Part shown: positions 40,852 to 53,703 of the stretch, piece after piece
Layout: every line of letters begins with the position of its first letter
Position numbering within the stretch: the stretch's first letter is position 1
Assembly (NCBI GenBank): GCA_964016885.1
Contig: OZ024740.1
Location: 51,522,001 to 51,586,000 of the forward strand
Source of the DNA: Eledone cirrhosa
Lineage: Eukaryota
Direction: 5' to 3'
Length of the DNA stretch: 64,000 nucleotides
Translations under genes and position numbers: made by a program
Notes under the pieces: model-generated
Told to the model about the DNA's origin: nothing
The model's database searches: none
Seen by the model: the letters and a program-made list of their open reading frames with translations, nothing else

Positions 40852-42610
40852 CTGGACATAAAGAGAAGCTGGAATACAAACTAGATAGAGACAACAATAA
40901 CAAACCTAACAACAGCAACACTACCCGCTCATATAGAAATAACAAGCATAGGACTAAACATAGAGTTAGACAACAAGCACCAAAAAAAAACGAACAGAAC
41001 ACTAATATAAAGACCCCCAAAAACTATAGAAGATCCAGAGATAGAAAATACCTATGGTTCAATCTGATATTCAACTCCTCTATAAAAACTAAACTACCTT
41101 CTACATTATTTAAACTAATAGATAAGCACTTCCCTGCACTACACAAATACCATAAAATCTTCAATAGAAAAACTATAAAACTTTCCTACTCTACTGCTGC
41201 CAACATACGTAAGATCAACCACACGTAAGATCAACCATACGTAAGATCAACCACAAAAATATCTCTAAAGAAATTAACCTACCAACGCGCACCATAGCAC
41301 CAAATACAAAACACAAATACATAACAACATTACAACCACAAATGCATCAGGACACATCACAACAAAACATTAATAGGCCTAAATCACAACCCACCCACAA
41401 CAACCTACAAAACCACAATGATGAACCTACACAAAATAAAACCTCAAATTGTAATTGGCACCTACTGGATAAGTGCCCACTACGGAATAGATGCCTGGAT
41501 TCAAGTATGGTATACCGGTGTACTGTGAATTCAGGCAATTCTACCTGGCATTACATAGGTTCCATGGCTGGGGAGTTTAAGAAAAGGTGGTATGTCCACA
41601 GACACTCCATGAAGAACCGTGCACTGGAGAACTCTACGATGCTTGCCAATAAAATCTGGCAGCTTAAGGATAGAAACCTAGAATATAAGATTAGCTGGTC
41701 AAAATTATCGGTAGCGAAAGCCTACAGCAACGGTATGTCCCACTGCGGGCTTTGTAATTTAGAACTACTACATATTTTAAGGTACGATGGGATGCTGCTT
41801 AACAGCAAAGTAGAAAGATCTATTTTCTGTAGACATAAAATAACTACTAGATTCACAAACTTTAAACCAACATGAATTTAACCAGCAATCCCAAAATTAG
41901 TACCGAACCACCTAAATTTTAACATATAGAATACACACCATCGCACTGCTATTAGCTGTCAAACGGCCAACTGGTCACTGGATCATAAATCTCTGAACAT
42001 TTCTCTCCCTGAAACAACATCAACCCCATTAAAATAGAACAATCGGCAAAACATTTACAACAAGTGTTTATCAAATGTTCCGTCATCCCTAGTCCATAAA
42101 TATCATACATACATCCAGCAATTAATCTCTAATTTATTGTCTTTTTTATCGGACCCTCTACACGTATCTATGTACATCTCGAATCTAGTTTCCCACCAAC
42201 GAATCCTTATGAGAACACTTACTCAAAAACTACTACTATGTACTTACACGCTCTCACTTATTTATTTATTTATCTCTTTATATTTTCCATTCTCTCATTT
42301 TCTTACTTTTTTATGTACCCTATCTTATATTCTACTTTTACTTTTTACATCTGTAACTTCTCTACCTATTTACCATACATGTATTATTATTGATGTTATT
42401 GTTTAGATTATACGCTATTTCTCTATATAAGTCTTGCCTCGAGTGAATTATTTTCATATCTACGTACTCTGATGTGTTGACCATAGGTGAATAATGTATT
42501 GGAGATCAAATAACGCAACATCAAGCGATTAGCGAACTCTAGACCCACATGATCAATGACACAATTGTCAGTACTTTAAATAAAGCCCTTATTGTACAGC
42601 CAACCATGTT
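40850..42610 (+). mobile_element. Penelope-like element 3' part with GIY-YIG endonuclease
   Basis: WFN..LIDKHFP..KIFNRKTIKLSYS; CPL..C..MVYRCTV..YIGS..FKKRWYVH..CGLCNLE; hammerhead-like motif and AATAAA at the 3' end. Confidence 0.9.
42464..42574 (+). ncRNA. Variant hammerhead ribozyme candidate with long helix II
   Basis: GTACT-CTGATGT-[82 nt]-GACA-CAATTG-TC-AGTAC. Confidence 0.45.
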
Positions 42611-42667
42611 AATCTTAATTCTTTAACTATATATATATATATATTGTTATACTTGGGGAGGGTCATA

Positions 42668-42970
42668 TCTAAACTATAATAAAGTAAGAAGCGCGGGACT
42701 GCGTATGGTTTATAATTTTTTTTATCCCATTAGTAAAATAAGTTGGATTACTTTGAATAAATAATGAATGAATATTACATAATTTATCTGCTAAATTTCG
42801 TGGTTGTTTATTAAATATATTTTATTACTTATTTAAAGATTCACTTCATTAAAATTTTCAAATGTCAACACTTCCGGTTAGCTATCGTTTAAATAAATAT
42901 TCATATATTTCCGTCATTAATTTTCTCCTAATGCAGTTTATATATATCGTCTTTTTTTAATGTATTATGC
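42668..42970 (+). mobile_element. Truncated non-autonomous Helitron (family of 7052..7651)
   Basis: A|TCTAAACTATAATAAAG start and shared body. Confidence 0.6.
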
Positions 42971-42979
42971 ATTATGTTA

Positions 42980-43400
42980 CTGATCAAAATTGATGGTAGT
43001 TACGGAGTAGGTAGACCCAGAAAAACCTGGGACGATCTGATAAATTCCGACCTTACACACTTGCACCTCTCTAAGACAATGTCACTGGACCGAGATCTTT
43101 GGCGCTACGCAGTAATACAGAAGACCCGCATTGCCTATGTACAAAGCGAAACCTACAGTCAGTAGTCACTTCTTAACCAAATATACACCCCAATCCACTA
43201 CCCCTACCCTATCCTCCCACTCCCACCAACACCACCATCTCTCTGTAAAGTTGGTACCACAACATCCAGTCCAAATAAATGAGATAATGAGATCGAGATC
43301 GTGTAAGTGTCACGACAAAAAAACACACAGTCCATGCTGTAATGTGGTTGGTGTTAGGAAGGGCATCCACCCGTAGAAAACCTGCCAGATAGTCCTATAT
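42980..43400 (+). mobile_element. RTE-B 3' fragment
   Basis: GRPRKTWDDLINSDL and 3' UTR. Confidence 0.88.
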
Positions 43401-43429
43401 GAGCGAGTCACGGTCACCCGACCAACCAT

Positions 43430-46400
43430 TTTTTTTCTGGCAAAGTCTTTGATCAGATCCTCGTAACACATCTGCTTCTATACACAATAGGGATAAAGGA
43501 TCCAGCCTGTATTGTTGCATGGTTGTTCTGAAGGGATTTTTAATATATTTCAACCGTGAAAATGAACGCTCCGCTGAGCAGTTAGTAACCATTAATGTTA
43601 AAAATATACGAAAGGCTATGTCTACATTTGGAAAGGCACACTCAATATTGTCTTTTACAATAATTTTATAAAGTTCAGCATGATTAAATCTTGTTTTTAC
43701 CTTTTCTGTTCTACTCATCTTATTTCGTACATATAAATGAAACTGCTGAAGCTCAGCTGAGAAATTACTATTGAAGTCCTCTGGATAAGCATCGATCAAC
43801 TTTTGACAGTACTGAGAATACCTTTCAATATTAGTAGCTGATGGAGTGCTTATATTTGGCACATCACTAAGAAAAGAAAATTTCTCTGCCATTTCTTTGC
43901 ATATCTCTCCTCTTCTTTCCATCTCAGCTACAAGTTTGTCAACAATTGTGTAAAATGTGGTGATACGAAACTTATCTCTGGCATCTAAATAAACTTCTGC
44001 TGTATCTCCGTCATTGGGTACTTTTTTTCTAATACGTTTGCGAGTTGCAGTTGTCCTGTCATCAACATCTGTAAGAATTTCCTTGGCCTCTTTTTCATAT
44101 CTTTCAAATTCATCTCGTGAGGTGTTCAGTTAGTCAGCTAATGATACATAGAGATCTGCACATGTCTTTAAGTTCACATCCTCATTTTGTAGAACTTTGC
44201 TTACTCTGTGAAAATTCTGCAAAATCTCATTCCAAAAAATTAACATAAACACGAATTCTAGCTCTTGCATCTTATCAACAATATTATTTGCTTCTCTTCT
44301 AGCGTCTCCCTTTTGTGATTGATCTTCGGCTATATATTCTAATGCCTCGGAAATCTCAGGGAACGATTTCAAGATTGCTGCTGTTGCCATAGCATGTGCT
44401 TCCCGTCTTGTATCAGAGACGATTTCAAGACACATTCATTCTTAATACAATCTTTGAGAATTTTCCAACGGTTAGTGGAAGCGGAGAAAAAATTATGGAG
44501 TAACTGTACTGTAGAGAAAAAAATAACAGCAGTCAACAGCAGTCAACAGCAGTCAACAGCAGTCAACAGCACTCTGGCCAACAAGATTTAATGAATGAGC
44601 TGCACAGGGCACATATATAGCAAACTTGTTTGTTTCTAAACTTTTTTGATGCATCCCCTTATAACGCCCAGACATGTTAGCAGCATTGTCATAAGTCTGA
44701 CCCCCTACATTTTGAAACATTTAACCCACAAGTTTCACGTAAATGCAGCAGCACCTGGTTCACCATATTCTCGCCAGTGTGGTTTTCTATTATGATGAAG
44801 GTTAAAATCGTTCAATAGGCTGTCCATCTTGTAAATACCTAAGTACAACACTCAATTGATCGCTATGTGATAAATCTGGTGTTGAATCAATGAACAAACT
44901 AAAATAACCAGAAGATTTAACTTCGTTAATAATGAACTCACGGACCTTTTGTGCCATTAGTTGAATAATTTCCTCGATAGTGGTTTTTGACATGTAAGAA
45001 GGATTTCCTTTTCCAGAATTTCCATATTTAGAAATGTGGCCTGCTAAAACTGCATCAAACTGGCTTATGAGTTCAAGCAGCCCTAAAAAATTCCCATTTT
45101 GCAATGATCCAAACTTCTCTTCACTTCATCGAAAAGGCAAGCCACGTTCAGCTAACGTACAAATAACAACTACAACACGCCTCAAAACGTGTTCCCAGTA
45201 ATTGCACTCTTCATGAATTTGTTTCTCCAAATCTGACTTTAACCCCGCACCTTGCCTGCGAGTTAAATATGCCAGCAAAGAGTCTCAGTGAATAATGCTT
45301 TTCTCATGCTTTTCAATTACAATAGTATTGCGCCAATCACTGAACCCTTCTCTTGAAACAAAAATTTAATTTTTTTCACGAGCAAACAGTTTACAAACAA
45401 AACAATAAACTGATCCTCTTGATGGTGAATAGAGTAACCACTCTCTCTTGTATTTTTCACCATTGGCTTTTGTCCCAATAAAAAGTTTCTCTGAGCAATA
45501 CCTTACTGGTTTGCCACTACTAAAATGACGGCAAGACTTTTCAAATGGCCCGTTGTGGTGTTGACAAATACTGGGTTCAGAAGTAATCCAATAAGCTATA
45601 TCATTAGCAGGGAAATCAAGCCACATTCCTGGATCGTTCGCTAAATTGTAATTTTCTTCATTTTTTACAGGCAAATTAATTTCACCGCCATTGTCACAGT
45701 GCTCTAAACTTCTATTTTCAGCAATTATTTGAGCCCTATCATCATTTGCAGTAGAGGTATCCGAATAAAGAGAATTCACAGGCAAAGTAAGATCAGTTGT
45801 GAGACATGTGCTGGATGAACATGCTTGCGACATCTTGGATCTTCTAATGTCATCATATTTTGATTCTGAAGTAATCAAAGTTGTATTTGCCGTATTCATG
45901 TCTACTTCTGATAATGTATATCAGTTTTGACCTGGAATCTGTAAATCATGTTGTGGAACTTAGTCAGCTTTGCTGTCTTGCGATCTAATTCAGAAGCTTT
46001 TTCTTTGTTTCTTGTTTGAAAGTTTTCGTTTTTGTGCCCCACTTAACTGAATGTATTTCATCTTGGTTTTTGGGATCTGTTAATTAGATTTGATAGTTAG
46101 ATTTTTTTGGGATCTGTTAATTAGATCTGATGGTTAGATTTGAAAAAGGATGGTGCGAACCCAAATAAACAATCAGCAAATACAGTTATAAAATTAAAGC
46201 TTGAGTTTGTTCAGATAAAAAATAAAAATAAAAATAAATTATATAGAAATAAAAAAGTTATACTATATAGCAGATAATCTAGAACACAAATGACAATTAT
46301 TTTTGATATAGAGTCTACAATATTAAAAGGTTCAAGTTCAAAAAAAAAATTGTAAAAAAACTAAAAAACCCTAATGAACAGAATTGTTAATAAAAAGAAG

Positions 46401-46754
46401 CAGAAAATAAACCTTGGTTAGTTGGGATTGGGAGTATAAAAAAACTTTCAGCTGGTGGCTATATTCATAAACCTTAAAAAACATTTCAACAAGCATGTAG
46501 CCATTTTAAAATTGAACCAGAATACATTGGAGTTTCAGAAAAATTTCTAAGGATAAACGTCTGAAAAACTGAGATTTAACAAATAAACTGAAATGAACAA
46601 CTATGTTTATACCGAATTTATTCATTTCTTATTTCATTTTGAAAATTGCTATAAAATTAATTAATTTAATAATTTAAACTGTAAATTCATCATATAAAAA
46701 TGTTTGAAGCCCTAAGCATGTGCTTACTTTGCTTATATTGTTAATCCACCACTG
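43430..46754 (-). mobile_element. hAT DNA transposon (ZMYM1/Tip100-like transposase), decayed
   Basis: REWLLYSP..YCFVCKLF, GNFLGLLEL, DSTPDLSHSDQLS, NCSAERSFSRLK dimerisation motif; terminus CAGTGGTGGATTAAC at 46754; second TIR not seen. Confidence 0.92.
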
Positions 46755-46759
46755 ATCAT

Positions 46760-48065
46760 CAGCCACGGCATGCTCAGTCATCCACACTACAGGTGCTGAC
46801 AACAGATGGATCGTCTGACCATAGGAGCATGTCCTTTCCACAAAAAGCGGAAGAGAAGGCACTCCATTTTGGTCAGAGTTGGATGGGGGCAAGGTATGAT
46901 GGTCAGGCGGTAGCAAATGACAGATGTGATGTATGCATTCGCCACCTCCACTCGGCCTTTCAGAGACAGCTTCCTCTCAGCCCATTTCTGGGTGAGAGAG
47001 GTCACTCTGATTGTCACCTCGCTCCAGTTTTTCTCCATCTAGTGGTCTGGACTGAACCAGACCCTGAGCAATTTAACCGGTCCTTCTGTCCAGTGCCCCA
47101 CGACGCTGTTGCACGGCATGGACTTGCATCTCCAGGTGCCGAACTGCAAGCCCACAGACTTTTCCTGGTTTATCTTTGCTCCTGTCACCGCTTTGTATTC
47201 CTTGTGAGCGGTACTAAGCATCTGGACATATCTGGTGCTCGAGACCACCACGGAGACGTCGTTGGTGTAAGCCAATACGGATCTCCCACATCCCAATTCG
47301 CATAGGACGCCCCTCAGTCTCCAATTTGTGCAGTAATGGCTCAAGAGCCAATGTGTACAAGAGGGATGAGAGGGGACAACCCTGGTGGACTAAGTGCATG
47401 ATGCTGAATGGCTGCGACAACTGACCATTCACCCTCACAACCGAGCAGATGTTGCTGTGCATCACAGTGATTCAACCCCTGAAAACAGGCCCAAAGCCGG
47501 CTGCCTCGAGGACCGCCACCAGGTACCAATGGTTGACCTTATCAAATGCTTTATATTGATCCAAGTTGATCAAGGCCCTACCCGTGCCAGGTTCCTTAAC
47601 CACCCTCTCTATGATGTATCGCATAAGGTGGAGGTTGTCATGGACGGATCTGTCCAGAATGGCACATATTTACACCTCTCCCACCAGATCACCGATGACA
47701 AGTACCAATCTCTTTGCTAACACCTTGGCCAAAATCTTGAACTCTGCGTTTAGCAGAGTTATGGGCCTGAAGTAGTCTATAATGTCCCCCTTGTTCAGGT
47801 CTTTTCTCATCAGCACCACCGCTCCCTGGCTCACAAAACCTGGAATGCCCCTGTTCTGCTGTCAGTTGCAGTAGACGTCTGCCAAGAGGTCACCTAACAA
47901 GTCTGGCATATACGCATAAAGCTCATAGGGCAGACCAACCAAATCTGGCGTTTTGCCGCTCATGCACCGTATTTCACCTTCTGTTATCGGCTTTTCGCGG
48001 CACTGCGCTGCAGTCATCAAGAGCCACAGCAGTTCGTCCAGGTATGCACCGAAGTCCATACTCCG
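46760..48065 (-). mobile_element. L1/Tx1-clade LINE RT fragment
   Basis: GKTPDLVGLPYELY, QGCPLSSLLY, YTNDVSVV (degenerate YADD), LSLKGRVEVAN. Confidence 0.85.
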
Positions 48066-48069
48066 ATAC

Positions 48070-48215
48070 ACTCTCTAATCCTAACTTAAACCCTAATAAC
48101 CTTAACCCTGACCTTAACTCTAACCCTGACCTTAATCCTAACTCTAATAATCTATCCCTAACCCTTATCTTAACCCTAGTAACCCTAACCCTAACACTAT
48201 CCTTAACCTTAACGA
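48070..48215 (+). repeat. Degenerate (CCCTAA)n telomere-like tract
   Basis: CCCTAA, CCTTAA and CTCTAA hexamers. Confidence 0.75.
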
Positions 48216-48324
48216 TATTGTTATAGCTCAGTTACATGCTGACTTTTTGTATCAGTTGTTTATAGTCTGAATTAGGACATTTATTTTAGATTCACATGAC
48301 ATTTCATCATTTCCTGTATACATA

Positions 48325-49278
48325 TGTAGTGACCTACATTCCGCGGGCTCACATACATTCTCTGTGCGTGATTTGGCTCAGCTCAGCCAATCAGCACCAG
48401 TAGAAGAGGATGTATCCCTACGCGCCCTGAGGGAGAAATTCCCCGCGAGGATTTGAAGAATCTCTCTCTCGCACCCCGAACTTCGAACCAGCAACACGTA
48501 CAACATGTGACGGGGAGATTTTGTACTTTGGCCTGCCGGCCTTCCTTGGGCCTGGCACAATGGCACATTCCCTTTTGTAACCTCATTTTATGTGTAACTT
48601 CAACCATACAAGTTAACAAACATTATTTGTGCTACAACAGGGTAGGGCGGTAGATTGGCAGTATCGGTAGAGGGCCGGACGCCATGCTTTCCAGCATAGT
48701 TACGTCCCTTTACAATCTGAGTTCAAATCCCGCTGAGGTTGACTTTGCCTTTCATCCTTACGGGGTCGATAAAATAAAGTACCAGTAATGCACTGAGTAA
48801 TTGCTGGCTTTGTGCCTAAAGTAGAAACAATTATTTGTGCTACAACAAAAATAAACACGTCGGGGTCATCACTTTTAGCAGCGTAGTATATAAATGTTAT
48901 TGAGACACGAGTAACACAATAATGATGTCAACGGCAGAAATTAGAGATGAAATGTATGTTTATTTTTGTTGTAGCACAAATAATGTTTGTTAGCTTGTAT
49001 GGTTGAAGTTACACATAAAATGAGGTTACAAAAGGGAATGTGCCATTGTGCCAGGCCCAAGGAAGGCCGGCAGGCCAAAGTGCAAAATCTCCCCGTCACA
49101 TGTACGTGTTGCTGGTTCGAAGTTCCTGGTGCGAGAGAGAGATTCTTCAAATCCTCGCAGGGAATTTTTCCCTCAGGGCGCGTAGGGATACATCCTCTTC
49201 TACTGACGCTGATTGGCTGAGCTGAGCCAAATCACGCACAGAGAATGTATGTGAGCCCGCGGAATGTAGGTCACTACA
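48325..49278. mobile_element. Fold-back element with ~320-bp inverted arms, TGT..ACA ends and CATA TSD (LTR-derived / Ginger-like)
   Basis: Arms 48325..48857 (minus the SINE) and ~48957..49278; CATA at 48321-24 and 49279-82; tRNA-Trp PBS-like 16-mer at 48856..48871. Confidence 0.88.
48640..48829 (+). mobile_element. Full-length Meta-like tRNA SINE with 18-bp TSD
   Basis: A box TGGCAGTATCGG, B box GAGTTCAAATCC; TSD ATTATTTGTGCTACAACA at 48622 and 48830. Confidence 0.92.
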
Positions 49279-49630
49279 CATACATATGTACATACATACA
49301 TATGTACATACATGGTGGCTGCCAACTCGTTTTCGAGTACGGCCACTACATATCCATGTAGGAGAACCCCTACCGATGCGCTGAACGAGTGTAACCTTTT
49401 AGTCCAGCCAGCGACTTGAACACTCTGGTACAAACACTACACTTGTGACAATTATTGACACATAGTGCTGGGCCCATGGTACCATGTGACGACAAGTGCA
49501 GAGAGATCTCCAGATATAAAGCAATGCCTTATATATGTATGTATGTTTGTATGTATGTATGTACATATATATGTACATACATACATATGTACATACATAC
49601 ATACATATATACATACATATATAACATACA

Positions 49631-50109
49631 TCTATATACATAAATGGCAATTTCTGTCTGTTTGTTTGTGAACCTAAAACTCAAAAACTATCAAACAGAT
49701 CTTGATGAAACTTGACGTGTGTGGGGCTCATGCCCATTGGATTTCTTACATATATTTCATTTTAATCAAAGGGTTACCCGGGGGTTCAAAAATTTTTTCC
49801 CTTCGATTTATATAAAATTTAAACCATAGGTAAATGACAAGATATGATGCCTATTCACAAAATTTCAGCAATAAAACCCCTTAATGGGGGTTCTATTTTT
49901 TTCCCTATAGCAACACTCAACTTCTCTGACAAACATTTTTTCGCCTGACCAATGCAATCAACAATATTTGGTTGTATTATTGTTTTGTAAATGAATTTGT
50001 CTTCGCTTTTCATTATCTGTCCTATATTTAGATTTCATTTTTGGTCTGAGAGGCATTGGGCATTTTAACGGGAACTGGGAATACCCCTGCTCCCGGGTAC
50101 CTTAGCTAG
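49631..50109 (+). mobile_element. Non-autonomous Helitron
   Basis: A|TCTATATACATAAA 5' end with CTGT/TTGT repeats; 3' CCCGGGTACCTTAGCTAG|T, shared with 55228. Confidence 0.75.
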
Positions 50110-50966
50110 TATATATATATGTATATATAGATACATAACAAAACATACATAACATACATACATACATACACACTTATATACATTCATAACATACATACAT
50201 AACATAACATAATATATATGTTGATTGATACTTCTTGTCAGAGGAGTGCCATCCTTTCATTGAACATTGCATGATCATGTGCATGACTTTTCAGACCAGC
50301 TTTTGTTTTGCAGGCACGTTCATAGATATGACACTTGAACTGTCTATCACCTAGCATTACTTCATTCATTCTGCTATGTCTGGTCAGTCCATCTTACATA
50401 CATACATACCAACTTTACCTACCTACATACATACATACCAACCTACCTATCTACATACATTCATATGTACACTATTTCATTTAAAACAGGCAGCTGTCAT
50501 ATTTCTTTTAAATTAAATTTTAAATATATATACAGGAAATGTAAGTAATCCAACATGGTAATAAAATATTGCTTCTATTTCCTAACGAGATAAGAATGTG
50601 GGACAGAGAAACAAAGGTATGCACAGTAGTGGAAATCAGCTGTCTACTTGTGTTGAAATATAGTGTTAAATATTAGTGAAAAGAAGAATATTTATGCTGA
50701 TACTCCACTTCTTTATATTTGTACTGGTGATCATTAGGACAGATAATTTTCAAACTATCTCAGTACATATCTTGAAAAGCTGAGCTTCACAGAACCAGAA
50801 TGAGATTGGTTAATTAAGAAATTGCAAGTACAGTCAATTAATGGAACTATAAAGATATGTAAAAACTTCTAGAAATTTAACATATAATAATTACACAAAT
50901 ATGTGTAGATATAGAGACATATCACCATTTTACATCCACTTTTCCCAGCTTGCAAGGGTGGGTATA

Positions 50967-51204
50967 TAATAATAATAATAATGATGAAATTATTGTGTAT
51001 GGTGCTCAGGTGCACTACAACTCATCAAAGGTGCATGTATAGTACATAGAATAATGTACAAATGTCAGGAAAATGAACAGTGTACAAGTCATGAAATACA
51101 TGTGTGCGTGTGTATGGAGTGGAGGGGGGGGGGATATCAGGTGTAGTGTTAGCGAATCACAGGAAGCATGGAGGTTTTAAAGGATGCAGTGTCTCGACAA
51201 CTAA
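50967..51204 (-). mobile_element. CR1-like 3' end fragment
   Basis: Reverse complement of ~24685..24910. Confidence 0.85.
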
Positions 51205-51387
51205 TGTGCACATATAACTCAAAGTATACAGATCCACATATGCAATAACATTCATACCTGCTCACTCATACAAACATATACTGATATAATTACCTAATTG
51301 GTCTAAATTTCAATGCAAATTTTGTTTCTGGGTTAGAAGCCGGCTCTGTCAATTGGTGAGAAATTAAAGAATACTCAGTGAGAGAGA

Positions 51388-51419
<32 letters not shown>

Positions 51420-51489
51420 TATATATATTGTTATAATATTACCAGAAATAATAATAAAACACACTCACTGTTTTATATATATATATATA

Positions 51490-51908
51490 TCATCATCATT
51501 ATCGTTTAACGTCCATCTTCCACGCTTGCAAGGGTTTGGACGGGAATTTTCCCACTTGAGGCAAGATTGGTTGTCTTGCTCGTATAGGACTGTCTGGCGG
51601 GTTTTCTACGGCTGGATACCCTTCCTAACACCAACCACGTTTACAGTGTAGACTGGGAGGTTTTTACCGTGTTACCTACACGGCCACATTACAGCGTGGA
51701 CTGTGTGTTTTTTTGTCGTGACACCTACACGACTTCATTTGTTTCGACTGGATGTTGTGGTACCAACATAACTTTACATCGAAAGGGGTGGTGTGGATGG
51801 GGTGGGGGTGTATTTTGTTAGAGGTGCCTACTGACTCTAGGTTTCGCTTTGTACTTAGGCAAGGCGGGTCTTCTGTGTTACTGTGTAGCGCCAAAGATCT
51901 CGGTCCAG
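51490..51908 (-). mobile_element. RTE-B 3' end
   Basis: Reverse complement of ~40040..40480. Confidence 0.9.
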
Positions 51909-51979
51909 AATATGTAAAAGGTAAACAGAAATAACAACACAATCGAGTGAGAGGGGATATATATATATAGAGAGAGAGA

Positions 51980-52600
51980 GGTAGAACACTAGAAGGTAAT
52001 ATCCGTAGTGATAGAGCACTCAGTCCATGGGACGAGTTAGGTAGAAGTGGTTACACAACAGTTAGTTCACCATACTGAGAACAATTGTTTCACCTTAGTG
52101 GATCTTCAGCTTGTACTGGTCATGGTTATACAGAACAGGAAGAACAACCTATGAACGTGCATGCGCAGAAACGGTCACTTCACCCAAGCGATACAAAGCC
52201 ACGGGCGAAAGGTATAAGGGAGATAACTGCAAAAGTCCGGAAAAGATGTTCGAGTTGATTAGAAAATTAGAATGTTGTTATTATTCAATCCGGAGCTTTG
52301 TAGTTATGCAAGAAGTGTTTCCAGACGTGTGGACAATGTGAAAAGATTTGATTTCTTGAATTTAGGCAATCGCTATTGCGTAATCTCCTTAGAATGTTTA
52401 TCCTTTCTTTAATACAGTCCACAAGACGGATTGCCCCTTGCATATGGCTTGGACTTAGTGATGGCTTTCCATTGAATGGAGTAGTCTATACCTGAGTCCA
52501 TATGTGGCTCGCGAGTTTCGTCGATGATCATTTGTCAGGGTACCTAAAGGTCGACTGATGGTTCAGGAAGCGTTCCTTAAATCTGCCCTCCGCCATACCA
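51980..52600 (-). mobile_element. Penelope-like element 3' end (GIY-YIG remnant plus hammerhead-like motif at 52071..52116)
   Basis: Minus strand GMAEGRFKERFLNHQSTF..STKLASHIW..YSIQWK..KPYARGNPSCGL. Confidence 0.8.
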
Positions 52601-53527
52601 TCCTGTGGTTGATTTGGTTAATAATGGTTGGTGCCAAAGTTTGTGACAAACTAAAAGAATGCCTGCATTATACCCAGCTTTTTAGAAAATAATTTACTGC
52701 TACCTTTTCCTACTTCATATACTATTTAATCCAGCTTTAGTGATGTGAATTGAATTCTCACAAAACAGAGACAATCTCAAAAAGGAGAAAACTGTCATTA
52801 GTTTAATCGACTTTTCCCTGCCTCAAAATTGCTGGCCTTGTGCCTCTAGTAGAAATCATTATTATTCTTATTAAAAAGATTTTTTTCCTGCTGTTCTAGT
52901 TGCATATTTGGTCAACATTTTCCCTCTGCCATGCTGTAGCTACATCTTTCATTAATATTAAATGCTTACACAAAAACACACACACACAAAAATCTTAATA
53001 TTCCCTGCTGAAATGTAATGTGTGTGGGATTCATATGTCTGGGAGTCCTTTATGCTATCAAATGCAGTAACAAAATACTCAGACTCCTTCATCATCACCA
53101 CCGTTTAACATCTATTTTCCATGATTGCGTGGTTTAGATGGGTTATTATGTTATAAGACTAGCCAGGTTAGGTCACGCGACCATGTCTTGCTCATACAGA
53201 TCTCTTCTTTGGCTTGGTTTCTATGGCCAACCATATTAATGAGTGGACTGGGTCTCTAATAAACTCACTCTAAACACTAAAGAAAACAACATACTGCTTA
53301 GTAATATACCAGAGACTACCACTATGTTATGGTACTGTGTATTCAGTGCTTACTTTGGTTTACACAACAACAAGAACATATTGTTTACTAATATACTGAT
53401 GACTACCCATACGCAATTTGATTATGCTCAGTGTTTGGAGTTACTCACCAACAAATACTACTTACTTGATTAAACCAATGATTCACAACCTTTTTCCTGT
53501 CATGGTCCATATTTTTTTTCATACCAT

Positions 53528-53703
53528 CAGAGCTGGCTTTAGACTTCTACGATATAAAGTGCTTAGAGGTGTTTTGTTAAAAAATACACCAGAAGGTCTC
53601 ACAAAAATTGAAAACATATATACCTTTGAATTACTTTGAGGTTCTTGTGGGTTGTAAGGCCCTAAACTGTTGCTTGTTTAGCTTATATCTAAATCCGTCT
53701 CTA
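53528..53703. mobile_element. hAT-like MITE
   Basis: Imperfect TIRs CAGAGCTGGCTTTAGA / TAGAGACGGATTTAGA, similar to the hAT end at 46754. Confidence 0.45.

Noticed and set aside
41203-41253. 16-bp unit x3 (and 10-bp unit x4 at ~44527-44570) as regulatory repeats
   Set aside because: Slippage duplications that break the reading frames of dead elements
43395-46060. Host ZMYM1-like gene
   Set aside because: Multiple stops and frameshifts, no introns and a hAT-type terminus indicate a dead transposase
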